Shown: one piece after another, positions 1-8,973 of the stretch
How the letters are laid out: each line of letters opens with the position of its first letter
Position numbering within the stretch: position 1 is the first letter of the stretch
From: Minisyncoccota bacterium
Lineage (GTDB): Bacteria > Patescibacteriota > Minisyncoccia > Phycocordibacterales > UBA5272
Direction: 5' to 3'
NCBI GenBank assembly: GCA_046350775.1
Contig: JAXLZS010000001.1
Span: 223,930-287,929 of the forward strand
Length of the DNA: 64,000 nucleotides
Made by a program: the position numbers and the translations under genes
The notes under the pieces: generated by a model
Seen by the model: the letters and a program-made list of their open reading frames with translations, nothing else
What the model was told of the DNA's origin: nothing
Databases searched by the model: none

Positions 1-403
1 CATAATCGGCTCTTTTAATTTTATTAGCAATTGAGACAAGAGTATCATTTGGTGAAATTTTATAAATTCCAGCCTGCGCTACATTTTTTCCAAAAGAAAG
101 CTTCATGTAGATTTTAAAAACTAGTGAAGATTTTATTATTTGTTGATCTTTTAATTCGCTCGCGACATAATTTATACTGTCACCATTTTCAACTTGGAAA
201 AAACCATTTGGATCTTTTAGGTGTGTCACATCTACTTTTGAAAATAGATTTTTATACAAAAAAATACCAAAAAATATAATTATTATAAATAAAAAAATTC
301 TCATCTTGTTTTTTAAAATAGCTTCGAGAAGAGTCTTTTCATTATCATCTTCTTCTATCTTTTTTATAATAAAAAAGTTTTTAAAATCTTCTTTTTGTCC
401 CAT
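1..403 (-). CDS. mltG: Endolytic murein transglycosylase MltG/YceG-like, 5' part only; the gene runs off the window start
   Basis: Minus-strand translation from the ATG at 401-403 gives MGQKEDFKNFF...FLFIIIIFFGIFLY (N-terminal TM) followed by ...VENGDSINYVASELKDQQIIKSSLVFKIY...GIYKISPNDTLVSIANKI, the YceG N-terminal pattern. No stop occurs inside the window, so it is absent from the ORF track. Confidence 0.55.
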   Translation of the reverse strand, partial: MGQKEDFKNFFIIKKIEEDDNEKTLLEAILKNKMRIFLFIIIIFFGIFLYKNLFSKVDVTHLKDPNGFFQVENGDSINYVASELKDQQIIKSSLVFKIYMKLSFGKNVAQAGIYKISPNDTLVSIANKIKRADY

Positions 404-460
404 AATTTAGTATAAATATACCACAAAAACATAAAACAAAAAATTTATATTTTGTAAAAA

Positions 461-1993
461 TTATACAGGAAGATTTGAAGGAGAAGAAGATTTTGTAGAG
501 TCAATGCGAGGCAATGTAGGTGTAGCTGCCACCTCACCTGGGAAATGATAAAGTGTAGCCAGCTCTTCTACGTTTAATGTCATACCAATATTAGGAGTGA
601 CCGTTGGAGAAAATGGATGCAAGAATATATTATGCAATACAGAATATATTTTTTTAACATAGCTTGGATAATTAAAAAGAGCAACATCTAAAAATTCTTT
701 AGTCTTCCCGCCCATACCTTTTACATAGCTAAACATACCATCTCTACCAGTAAGATCACCATAAGCATTTTCTTTTCTCCAGGGAATCAATCTCTTCATG
801 GTATTTTGCCAAGGAAAGTCAAAAGGATCTGTAAGAGAGCCTGGAACATCAGGCTTAAAACCATTAAATCCATCTTCTGAAAAAGGTCTCATAATACCCA
901 TGACCATTGGTATTCTGCTAGGATCGAACTTTTCAGCCACATAAGTAGTTCTAATAATAGCAAAGACTCTTGGCTTACCCATCTTTTTTTGTATAGCTTC
1001 TAGACTCTTTTTTGCTTCTTCTTCTCGCTCGTTCATTGGTATGGGTTTTGATTCGGCTATATTTCTGGCGTATACAGCCTTTTCTGCTTTTTTTATGAGT
1101 TTACCATCTTTATCTTTTTGTTCTGGTATCATCTTCTCATTTCCAAATTCATCATCACCTATAGATTTTCCTTTCTCTTTTAAAGACCATTTTATTTTAA
1201 ATTTATCTGTCTCAAATTTTACAAGATCTGACAACTTTACTTTTGTTTTTTTACCATCTCTATCAAGTTCATAAACACCATCCCATTTTGCAGCATCTCT
1301 TATTATTATTTGATATACAAAATATTCGCCTTTTCCTATTGATCCCATCTGCTCTATAATATAAGTAAGGGGATCATGTTTATACATTTCCTTGGGATCT
1401 TTATCCAGACCCCAATCTTTATAGGTCTTTATAGGATACATATCACCTGAATATTTTAATTTCTCTAGCTTATGATCATCTCTTTTTTCTGTGTTACCCA
1501 CTGTCGCTTCACCAGATTTTGTTAAAAGCCATTCTGATGACCACGTACCAGGCATATTCGGATCATTATGAACTATCTTTGGAATTTTATCCATATAGTC
1601 AGGCACCTCTACTATCTCTACTGTAGGATATTGAGAATATATAGCAGCTTCAATTCTTGGTCTATATTTTGTTTCTATACGAATATAAAAATGCACCACT
1701 CCCTCAAGGGAGGCTATCTCTAATGCTGCCGTATTTGGAATATTACCAAGCCATTTCTCTTTATACCAAGTACCAAGACCGCCACCCTCTATCATACTTC
1801 GCAAAAATAATTCTGCAGCCTCTGGGCTTTTATTTATTTCTCTTGGAAGCTTTATTTCAAGTAACACCCATTTCAATCCTTTTTCAAAAGTCTGATTGGC
1901 ATTAAGCATCCAAAATTTCCATGCCCAAGCTATCAGCAAAGTAGTCATGCCACAATATATTAAAAACAAACCTATATCTATCAACAGTTGCAT
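461..1993 (-). CDS. Large hypothetical membrane-anchored protein (N-terminal TM helix, charged K/E/D-rich body)
   Basis: 510-aa ORF. The N-terminus LFLIYCGMTTLLIAWAWKFW is hydrophobic. I recognise no catalytic motif. Confidence 0.5.
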   Translation of the reverse strand: MQLLIDIGLFLIYCGMTTLLIAWAWKFWMLNANQTFEKGLKWVLLEIKLPREINKSPEAAELFLRSMIEGGGLGTWYKEKWLGNIPNTAALEIASLEGVVHFYIRIETKYRPRIEAAIYSQYPTVEIVEVPDYMDKIPKIVHNDPNMPGTWSSEWLLTKSGEATVGNTEKRDDHKLEKLKYSGDMYPIKTYKDWGLDKDPKEMYKHDPLTYIIEQMGSIGKGEYFVYQIIIRDAAKWDGVYELDRDGKKTKVKLSDLVKFETDKFKIKWSLKEKGKSIGDDEFGNEKMIPEQKDKDGKLIKKAEKAVYARNIAESKPIPMNEREEEAKKSLEAIQKKMGKPRVFAIIRTTYVAEKFDPSRIPMVMGIMRPFSEDGFNGFKPDVPGSLTDPFDFPWQNTMKRLIPWRKENAYGDLTGRDGMFSYVKGMGGKTKEFLDVALFNYPSYVKKIYSVLHNIFLHPFSPTVTPNIGMTLNVEELATLYHFPGEVAATPTLPRIDSTKSSSPSNLPV

Positions 1994-2018
1994 ATTTATA
2001 TAAAAATTATAGCATAAA

Positions 2019-2052
2019 ATAAAAAACTTCTAGATATCTAGAAGTTTTTTAT
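2019..2052. terminator. Perfect palindromic hairpin aacttctagatatctagaagtt flanked by A and T runs; terminator between genes
   Basis: An 11-bp-arm perfect palindrome with A(6) 5' and T(6) 3', lying between the stop of 2060..3103 and the start of 461..1993. Confidence 0.6.
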
Positions 2053-2059
2053 TTATTGT

Positions 2060-3103
2060 CTATTTTAGAGAATATTTTCCGTCCTTGTCTTTCTTAAATA
2101 GTTTTGAATCTTGAAGATTTATAATTACAGTATTTGGCTTTACCATTCTTTTTGCAAGTACCTTTTCTACTATTTCTTGCTTTGTAAGAGGCTTTCCACT
2201 TTCTTTGAGAGTCTCAGCTATAACATCTTTTACTACTCCAGCTGCATGTCCCCACTCCTTTAGTCCGTACATACCACGACCCACCAAGACAAATCTTTTA
2301 TCTTTGATTAATTCATTGTGACAAGTTGCGACATTAGTTTTCTTTTTAAATACCTTTGTGATCTCATTTGCTACATCTTTAAAGTGCATTGGCTTTCCAT
2401 TTTTTCTGACTACTAGATACGCATAATCTTTTACACCTCTCGCTTTGATATGCGGTGAAGTGACTTTACCCCACTCACCAAGATCATTTTTATCAATTAG
2501 TTTTGAAATAGATAAATATTTATGAATTGTATCTTTATTATTTTTATATTCATCTACAACCTGATCAAGATAAGATACAAATTTTTCAAGTATCTCACCT
2601 TCCACCAACAATTCTTCATCTGTGACTTCATTGTGAAGCTTATTAAGAGAGTCTTTAATATATCCAGAAAGTGAATCGTCGACACTCCAATGTGGATGAA
2701 AATCATCAGACTCTTTTATTTTTGTAAAATGACCACCAATGACGAGATATAAGTTTATATGATTTTGTACTACTTTGTCTTTTGAAATATGATTCATCAA
2801 AGTTTCTTCTCTGACTACTGATCCGAGTTTTTTAACTATATCTTTTAATTCGTCGAAGACGAAAAGATTTTCTCTGTATTCTGGAGATTTTTTAATTGTA
2901 GCTAGAGCAAAGTTTTCAATCTGACGAACTCTTTCACGAGTGATGTCATAATTTTTTCCAATGGCTTCGAGAGTCATTCTTTTCTCATTTTCAAGACCAT
3001 AGCGATTAGAAACAATGTCCTTCATACGAGGATTTAAAGCTGAAAGAAGTTTTTTAGAAACTTGCTTTGGCTTGAAAGATAAATTTGTTGATGTTTCTGT
3101 CAT
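2060..3103 (-). CDS. Protein with an N-terminal sigma-70 region-4-like HTH and a C-terminal domain of unknown function
   Basis: The N-terminal segment RYGLENEKRMTLEAIGKNYDITRERVRQIENFALATIKK matches the RpoD region-4 signature (TLEEVG..F.VTRERIRQIE). The remaining ~250 aa are not recognisable. Confidence 0.5.
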   Translation of the reverse strand: MTETSTNLSFKPKQVSKKLLSALNPRMKDIVSNRYGLENEKRMTLEAIGKNYDITRERVRQIENFALATIKKSPEYRENLFVFDELKDIVKKLGSVVREETLMNHISKDKVVQNHINLYLVIGGHFTKIKESDDFHPHWSVDDSLSGYIKDSLNKLHNEVTDEELLVEGEILEKFVSYLDQVVDEYKNNKDTIHKYLSISKLIDKNDLGEWGKVTSPHIKARGVKDYAYLVVRKNGKPMHFKDVANEITKVFKKKTNVATCHNELIKDKRFVLVGRGMYGLKEWGHAAGVVKDVIAETLKESGKPLTKQEIVEKVLAKRMVKPNTVIINLQDSKLFKKDKDGKYSLK

Positions 3104-3213
3104 AAATTTTTTTAATAATATTTATTTGTATTAAAGAGTCTCACAAAACTTATATTGTTTACTTATCTATACTACTACATCTTGACAAAAAAGTCAAAAC
3201 TATAAATCCACAA

Positions 3214-6200
3214 CTAAATGACTATATTTATAAGCCTTTTTGGAACGATTATGATTTTTTTGATTTGACTTTCATCGGTAACATATTTTTTATAAGTCTC
3301 TAAAGTCTTCACAAAATCTTTTATTTCTTCCTCATTTGCTTCTGACTTAATAATAAAAGTACCTCTAAATTTTCCAGAAATTTGCAAACTCATCTCTATT
3401 TCTTCTTTTATTATTTTTGATTCTTCATATATTGGCCAAGTCGATGTGTGAATAGAAGATTTATTTCCTAAAATATTTTGCCAGATTTCTTCACAGATAT
3501 GTACAGCGAAAGGCGCTAGGATTTGTATAAATTTTTCTAAAGTATTTTTAGAAATTTTATTTCCTTTTTTTATCTCCTCTTCAAAAGAGTTAAGACAAAT
3601 CATGAGTTGAGAGATAGCTGTATTAAATTTGAACTCTTCGATATCTTCACCTACTTTCTTGATAGTCTGATTAATCGCAAATTCTACTTCTTTTGAATCT
3701 TCTTTATTATTAAGATCAACTTTTTCAAAAATATTATAAACTCTTTCTAAAAATCTCGAGACTCCTGCTATACTATTTGTATTCCAAGAGATAGCTTTTT
3801 CAAATGGACCCATGAACATCTCATATGTACGCATCGCATCTGCTCCATACTCTCTTACCACATCATCTGGATTCACTACATTGCCATATCTCTTACTCAT
3901 CTTCTTTCCATCTTCTGCCATGATTAGGCCAACTGTTTGTAGTTTACTAAATGGCTCATCATAATTTACCAATCCTTTATCAAAAAGATATTTATGCCAA
4001 AAGCGAGCGTAGATTAAATGTCTTGTCGCATGCTCTGCTCCTCCGACATAAAAGTCTACAGGGCTCCAGTTTTTCTCAAGTTCTTTATCTGCAAAAATAT
4101 TTTCATTTTTTGGATCAATATATCTCAAATAATACCAAGAACTTCCCGCCCATTGCGGCATAGTATTTGTCTCTCTAAAGAATTTTTTTGCTTTTGGATC
4201 ATTTTGATCACAAGATTCGAATTCTCCTTCATCATTTATAAATCCATAAACTTCTACCCAATCTTTTATATTTGCGAGTGGAGACTCTCCATTATCTGTC
4301 GGCTCATAATTTTCTACATTCGGAAGGATCACAGGCAAATCTTTATCAGCAACTGCATAGCTTTTTCTATTACCATTTTCGTCTTCTGCAAACACAATTG
4401 GAAATGGCTCTCCCCAATATCTCTGCCGCGCAAATACCCAATCTTTTAATTTGTATTTACTTACAATTTTCCCTCCAACTTTTTCTGTGATTTTTATTCT
4501 CGCTTCTTCACTATTCATTCCATCAAAATCACCTGAATTAATTAATATTCCATTTTCTGTATATATAAAATCATTAATACAAAAATTCCAAATAAGTTTT
4601 TGATTAATATGAGTTAAGTAATCTAAAACATCGTCTTTTTCTATCCAAATAATTTCGTGTAAATCTCTTTCATCTTGATCAATATCTTGTCTTTCTTCAT
4701 CGATTAAATCAAAACACAAAGCACTAGCTATCATATATCTATTTATATTTTTGTGTGGAGCAAAAAACTTTGAATGCACTTCAAACATATCTCCATTTGA
4801 TTTTATATATTCAAAATTTTTATATCCTGTTTCTTCTATAATCTCTCTTTTGGCAGCCTCTAACAAACTTTCCACACCTTCTACTCCTCCAGTGATCATT
4901 GATTGCCATCCTTCTTTTTTAAATTTTATAAAAAGATATTTATTATTTTTTGGATTTCTTACAATTGCATGAATATTCCTCCTTCTCACAGTCTCTACAT
5001 TATCCCTTATTTTTAAATCTTCTTTATTTTCAAAATAAGGAGCGATGACTTGTTTAATCTTCACACCATACTTCTTTGCGAATTCATAATCTCTTTCATC
5101 ATGTGCTGGCACAGCCATGATCGCTCCAGTTCCATAATCACTCAAAATATAATTCGCAATATAAATTGGAACTTCTTCTCCATTCGCAGGATTGATAGCT
5201 TTGATACCTGTATCAATTCCTTCTTTCTCGAGCTTGCTCATATCAAAGTCTATAGCTCTCTCTTTTTCTTCTTTTTCGAGCTTCGCTATAAACTTTTTTA
5301 TTTCTTCGCTAGCATTCCAACCATCTTTAATCCACTCTTTTGCAAGAGTGTAAGATATAGCCATGAATGTACATCCATACAAAGTATCCGCACGAGTTGT
5401 AAAGATTTTTAATTTATCAAAACTTTGATTTAAAACTTCTATCTCTTCTTTTCCAAAAAAATGTGGGTCACTTGCCACAACGTCTATTAATTTTCCATTT
5501 AAAGATTTTGATAATTTTAGAGTATTTTCTTGAGGAACTAAATTGTCTTCAATATCTCTTAATAAAATAAATTCTTTTGAATTACTTTTAATTTTATTAA
5601 AATCAAAATTCCAATCAAAAGTATATTCAGGAAAATTTTCATCTATAAAATTATTTTCTAAATAACTTCCAACTAAAATAGTTTTTTTAATAGGATTTGA
5701 TAGTTTTTCTAAAACTTTTAGAGCTACAACACCCCCAAGACTATGTCCAATAATGACAGTATTATTATCAAATTTTATATTTTTTAAAATAAATTCTACC
5801 TGATCGTAAACTTTTGGGTCATTTGAATCTGGTAATTCTGGAATAACTACCAAGTGTCCTCTTTTTTCTAATTCGTCTTTAAGCCAAGGATAAAAACTGC
5901 TTTCAGGAGTATTATCAAAAGCATGTAAAATCACAAAATTTAATTTTTCATTTTTTATCTCAAAATCTATCTCACTTCCTTCACTTTTTCCAATCCAATT
6001 TCTCTGAAGCTCTTTTATATGAGGCTCCCAATTGAGTTTATCAAGATCATTTAAAAGTCTGTCAGCATAATCTGTAATACGTATAGTCCATTGTCTTAAT
6101 TTTTTCTTTTCTACAACTGTGCCACATCTCTCGCAAGCATTTCCGTCGAGATCTTCATTCGCAAGACCAGTTTTACAGCTGGGACACCAATTAATAGGAT

Positions 6201-6666
6201 CAAAAGATTCAAAAGCAAGTCCATCTTTATACATTTGCTTCCACATCCACTGAGTCCATTTATAATATTTTGGATCTGTTGTATTTATTTCTCTATCCCA
6301 ATCATAATTGAGACCAAGCATTTCAATTTGCTCTTTATATCTTTTTACATTTTTTTCTGTAGCAATATTTGGATTGATTTTATTTTTTATAGCAAATTGC
6401 TCTGCAGGAAGACCAAAGGCGTCCCAACCCATCGGGTGGAGTACATTGTATCCTTGCATCTTTTTCATTCTTGAGTAAACATCTGTCGCAATATATCCTT
6501 TAGGATGACCAACGTGAAGCCCTTCTCCGGATGGGTATGGGAACATGTCTAAAATGTAAAATTTCTTTTTATTGTCACTAAAATCATTATCAGTCTTATT
6601 GATCTGATTTTCATTCCAGTACTTGCGCCATTTTGTCTCTATATCACTATAATTTAATTTGCTCAT
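3214..6666 (-). CDS. leuS: Leucyl-tRNA synthetase carrying two inserted hydrolase domains (alpha/beta serine hydrolase and NUDIX)
   Basis: Class I signatures are present: PYPSGEGLHVGHPKGY (HIGH region), HPMGWDAFGLPAE, the editing-domain motifs TTRADTLYG and AVPAHDERDYEFAKKYG, and a KMSKRYGNVV (KMSKS) motif. At 1150 aa it is 250-300 aa longer than typical bacterial LeuS. Confidence 0.9.
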   Translation of the reverse strand: MSKLNYSDIETKWRKYWNENQINKTDNDFSDNKKKFYILDMFPYPSGEGLHVGHPKGYIATDVYSRMKKMQGYNVLHPMGWDAFGLPAEQFAIKNKINPNIATEKNVKRYKEQIEMLGLNYDWDREINTTDPKYYKWTQWMWKQMYKDGLAFESFDPINWCPSCKTGLANEDLDGNACERCGTVVEKKKLRQWTIRITDYADRLLNDLDKLNWEPHIKELQRNWIGKSEGSEIDFEIKNEKLNFVILHAFDNTPESSFYPWLKDELEKRGHLVVIPELPDSNDPKVYDQVEFILKNIKFDNNTVIIGHSLGGVVALKVLEKLSNPIKKTILVGSYLENNFIDENFPEYTFDWNFDFNKIKSNSKEFILLRDIEDNLVPQENTLKLSKSLNGKLIDVVASDPHFFGKEEIEVLNQSFDKLKIFTTRADTLYGCTFMAISYTLAKEWIKDGWNASEEIKKFIAKLEKEEKERAIDFDMSKLEKEGIDTGIKAINPANGEEVPIYIANYILSDYGTGAIMAVPAHDERDYEFAKKYGVKIKQVIAPYFENKEDLKIRDNVETVRRRNIHAIVRNPKNNKYLFIKFKKEGWQSMITGGVEGVESLLEAAKREIIEETGYKNFEYIKSNGDMFEVHSKFFAPHKNINRYMIASALCFDLIDEERQDIDQDERDLHEIIWIEKDDVLDYLTHINQKLIWNFCINDFIYTENGILINSGDFDGMNSEEARIKITEKVGGKIVSKYKLKDWVFARQRYWGEPFPIVFAEDENGNRKSYAVADKDLPVILPNVENYEPTDNGESPLANIKDWVEVYGFINDEGEFESCDQNDPKAKKFFRETNTMPQWAGSSWYYLRYIDPKNENIFADKELEKNWSPVDFYVGGAEHATRHLIYARFWHKYLFDKGLVNYDEPFSKLQTVGLIMAEDGKKMSKRYGNVVNPDDVVREYGADAMRTYEMFMGPFEKAISWNTNSIAGVSRFLERVYNIFEKVDLNNKEDSKEVEFAINQTIKKVGEDIEEFKFNTAISQLMICLNSFEEEIKKGNKISKNTLEKFIQILAPFAVHICEEIWQNILGNKSSIHTSTWPIYEESKIIKEEIEMSLQISGKFRGTFIIKSEANEEEIKDFVKTLETYKKYVTDESQIKKIIIVPKRLINIVI

Positions 6667-6812
6667 AATTTTTATAAAAGTATAGATATACTATATCAAA
6701 TAAAAGTATATTTAAAAAATAAGATTTTTATAATTTGACAATATATATTTAATATATTAATATAATAAAATTGTTCATTAAAACATTTCTTTAATCAGTA
6801 AATTTTTTTGAC

Positions 6813-7196
6813 ATGAAAAAAATCTTTTATGTTTTTTTATTAATTACAGGGCTTGCGTCATGCAAATCTGTCGGAGGTGGAAAATCTACAAATGTCTCTT
6901 CTGACATAGACAGCGGGTTTCTTATTTCCAAAAAACCTTTTGATTTTGATACTAAGTTCGGCTATGGCTTGTTTGTTATAAAAACAATAGATAGTTTGAC
7001 TAATAAATCAGAATACGAAGAGGTCTGGATATCTAGACAGACCTATGATGTATTGCCGGCTCCTGACGATTCTACAAAAATACTTATTTATTATGTTAGA
7101 GACATTGAAACTGGTCGTTATGATAATAAAGATCAGACTTCGTTTTGGGATTGTCAATTTAATTTTTGTAGCGGATACAGAGTCAATCGTAAATAG
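6813..7196 (+). CDS. Small lipoprotein (signal peptide with lipobox LASC)
   Basis: MKKIFYVFLLITGLASCKS: hydrophobic signal ending in a Cys lipobox. Confidence 0.5.
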   Translation: MKKIFYVFLLITGLASCKSVGGGKSTNVSSDIDSGFLISKKPFDFDTKFGYGLFVIKTIDSLTNKSEYEEVWISRQTYDVLPAPDDSTKILIYYVRDIETGRYDNKDQTSFWDCQFNFCSGYRVNRK

Positions 7197-7320
7197 ATGG
7201 GTCTATAGAAGTTTCTAAAGCAATCAATTTGATTGCTTTTTCTTTTTATTAAATTTTTATGATAAAATGACCTTGAATTAATTATCTAAATTTATAAAAC
7301 TTAATATCTAAAATAATAAT

Positions 7321-7692
7321 ATGAAAAATAACATGGAAAATTTTGCTCTCAAAGTCACAAAATGGATAGGATCTGTCTGGTCTCTTATTTTTCACACAAT
7401 AATATTTATATTTTTCTTTGTATTGATATATCTAGGATATAATGCTGAAAAAGTGATGCTATTTCTCACAACATTAGTATCTTTAGAAGCCATCTACCTC
7501 TCTCTTTTTATACAAATGACAGTCAACAGACATTCGGAAGACATTGCGGAGATTGCAGAAGATGTAGATGATATACAAGAAGATATAGATGATATACAAG
7601 AAGATATTGAAGAAATAAGTGAAGATGTAGAAGATATTCAAGAAGATATAGAGGAAATCAATGAGGAAGAAGATTCTAACAAGAAAAAATAA
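7321..7692 (+). CDS. Small membrane protein with a C-terminal acidic tandem repeat (EDIxDIQ)n
   Basis: Two predicted TM helices, then DIAEIAEDVDDIQEDIDDIQEDIEEISEDVEDIQEDIEEINEEEDSNKKK. The underlying DNA near 7549-7670 is a degenerate gaagatrtagatgatatacaa repeat. Confidence 0.5.
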   Translation: MKNNMENFALKVTKWIGSVWSLIFHTIIFIFFFVLIYLGYNAEKVMLFLTTLVSLEAIYLSLFIQMTVNRHSEDIAEIAEDVDDIQEDIDDIQEDIEEISEDVEDIQEDIEEINEEEDSNKKK

Positions 7693-7701
7693 AATAAAAA
7701 G

Positions 7702-8025
7702 CTATAAATCAAATTTTGAAAATACCCATTGTATCGCTCCATAAATCAGTCCAAATATAGCCGCTTGTAAAAATGTAAAATCTACAAAATTGGGAGTGAG
7801 TTTGCTAATTATCATCAAGAGTAAAATATTTAAAATTAAATGAAATAATCCCAGTGTTAGAAAATTTATTGGCCAAGTCAGAAAGTTTAATACCGGTTTT
7901 ACTACACCATTCACAATAGCTAAAAACAGTGTAAAAATTAATAAGGTCTTCCAACTAAAATAAGCCACACCCATTATTTTTACCGCTAAAACTACAGATA
8001 AAAAACTAAAAAGAAAATGAATCAT
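7702..8025 (-). CDS. DUF360 / phage-holin-4-like small 4-TM membrane protein
   Basis: 107 aa, four hydrophobic segments. The pattern LAIVNGVVKPVLNFLTWPINFLTLGLFHLILN resembles the YvlD/DUF360 family. Confidence 0.4.
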   Translation of the reverse strand: MIHFLFSFLSVVLAVKIMGVAYFSWKTLLIFTLFLAIVNGVVKPVLNFLTWPINFLTLGLFHLILNILLLMIISKLTPNFVDFTFLQAAIFGLIYGAIQWVFSKFDL

Positions 8026-8106
8026 ATATTTATTATTATATACAAATTATATCATGTATAGATATATTTTTCGTGTTATAATTTCCCTATAAAAAATACA
8101 TAAATT

Positions 8107-8901
8107 ATGAATAAAATTATAAAAGATTTCTTTAAAAATCAAGTCGCAGTAGCAATAATAATAGGAGCTTTCATTTTGGCTCTTGGTATGATCGGATACG
8201 CCCTCATAAATCAAAATAGCGGAAATAAAAGTGACGCTCTAAATGATATAGTCAACGCTGACAAAATCTTTACCGGTAAGGATTTTGAAGAAAATGAATA
8301 TATTTTAGGAAATGCTAAAAATAAAATTACAATAGTAGTCTATTCTGATTTTGAATGTCCATTTTGTAAAATTTTACAAGAGAATGCTATCCAAAAATTA
8401 CAAAAAGAATATTCGTTGAACAACAAAGATCTCTCTCAAGCTAAAATTGGTATAGTTTATAGACATTTTGCTCAGAGCTATCACGACAAAGCTCCAAGAG
8501 AGATCAATGCCTCACTCTGTACAAGAGAGCTTTATGGTCAGGCTAGCTATGAAAATTTTATAAACAGAATCTACAATATCACTCCAGCTAATAATGGTCT
8601 CGATCTTTTACTTTTACCAGAAATAGCTAGTTTTGCAGTCAATGAAGCTAAACAAAATGGAGAGACTATAAAAAAGGATTTTGATAAAGACGAATTGATG
8701 AGTTGTGTAAATAGCGAAATTTATAATCAGGAGTTTTTAGAAGATGCGCAAGATGCTATAAATATGGGACTCGATGGTACACCATATACTCTCATACTAT
8801 TTAATGATGGAGAGAAAAATATGATCATCAATAAAATCTCCGGCTCAAAAGATGCGTCTTATTTTGAAAATATAATTAATAAACTTTTGAAAATAAAATA
8901 A
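8107..8901 (+). CDS. Membrane-anchored DsbA-family thiol:disulfide oxidoreductase (CPFC active site)
   Basis: N-terminal TM, then VVYSDFECPFCK, a thioredoxin-fold CxxC motif in a DsbA/BdbD-like context. Confidence 0.7.
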   Translation: MNKIIKDFFKNQVAVAIIIGAFILALGMIGYALINQNSGNKSDALNDIVNADKIFTGKDFEENEYILGNAKNKITIVVYSDFECPFCKILQENAIQKLQKEYSLNNKDLSQAKIGIVYRHFAQSYHDKAPREINASLCTRELYGQASYENFINRIYNITPANNGLDLLLLPEIASFAVNEAKQNGETIKKDFDKDELMSCVNSEIYNQEFLEDAQDAINMGLDGTPYTLILFNDGEKNMIINKISGSKDASYFENIINKLLKIK

Positions 8902-8967
8902 AATACAAAATTTTTTTGAAGATATTTCGCGAAGCGGGGTTTCATTTGAAAAAATAATTTTGTATTT
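8901..8967. terminator. 12-bp perfect inverted repeat (aaatacaaaatt / aattttgtattt) enclosing a GC-rich inner hairpin; bidirectional terminator between convergent genes
   Basis: The inverted repeat is read directly from the sequence. It sits between the 3' ends of 8107..8901 (+) and 8974..9291 (-). Confidence 0.5.
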
Positions 8968-8973
8968 TATGTT

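Noticed and set aside
3951-6474. Multiple 60-140-aa plus-strand ORFs inside leuS, and similar antisense ORFs inside uvrA, uvrB, nrdD, clpB, tgt and others
   Set aside because: They lie entirely antisense to strongly supported long genes and have low-complexity, hydrophobic compositions typical of AT-rich antisense frames. I consider them spurious.
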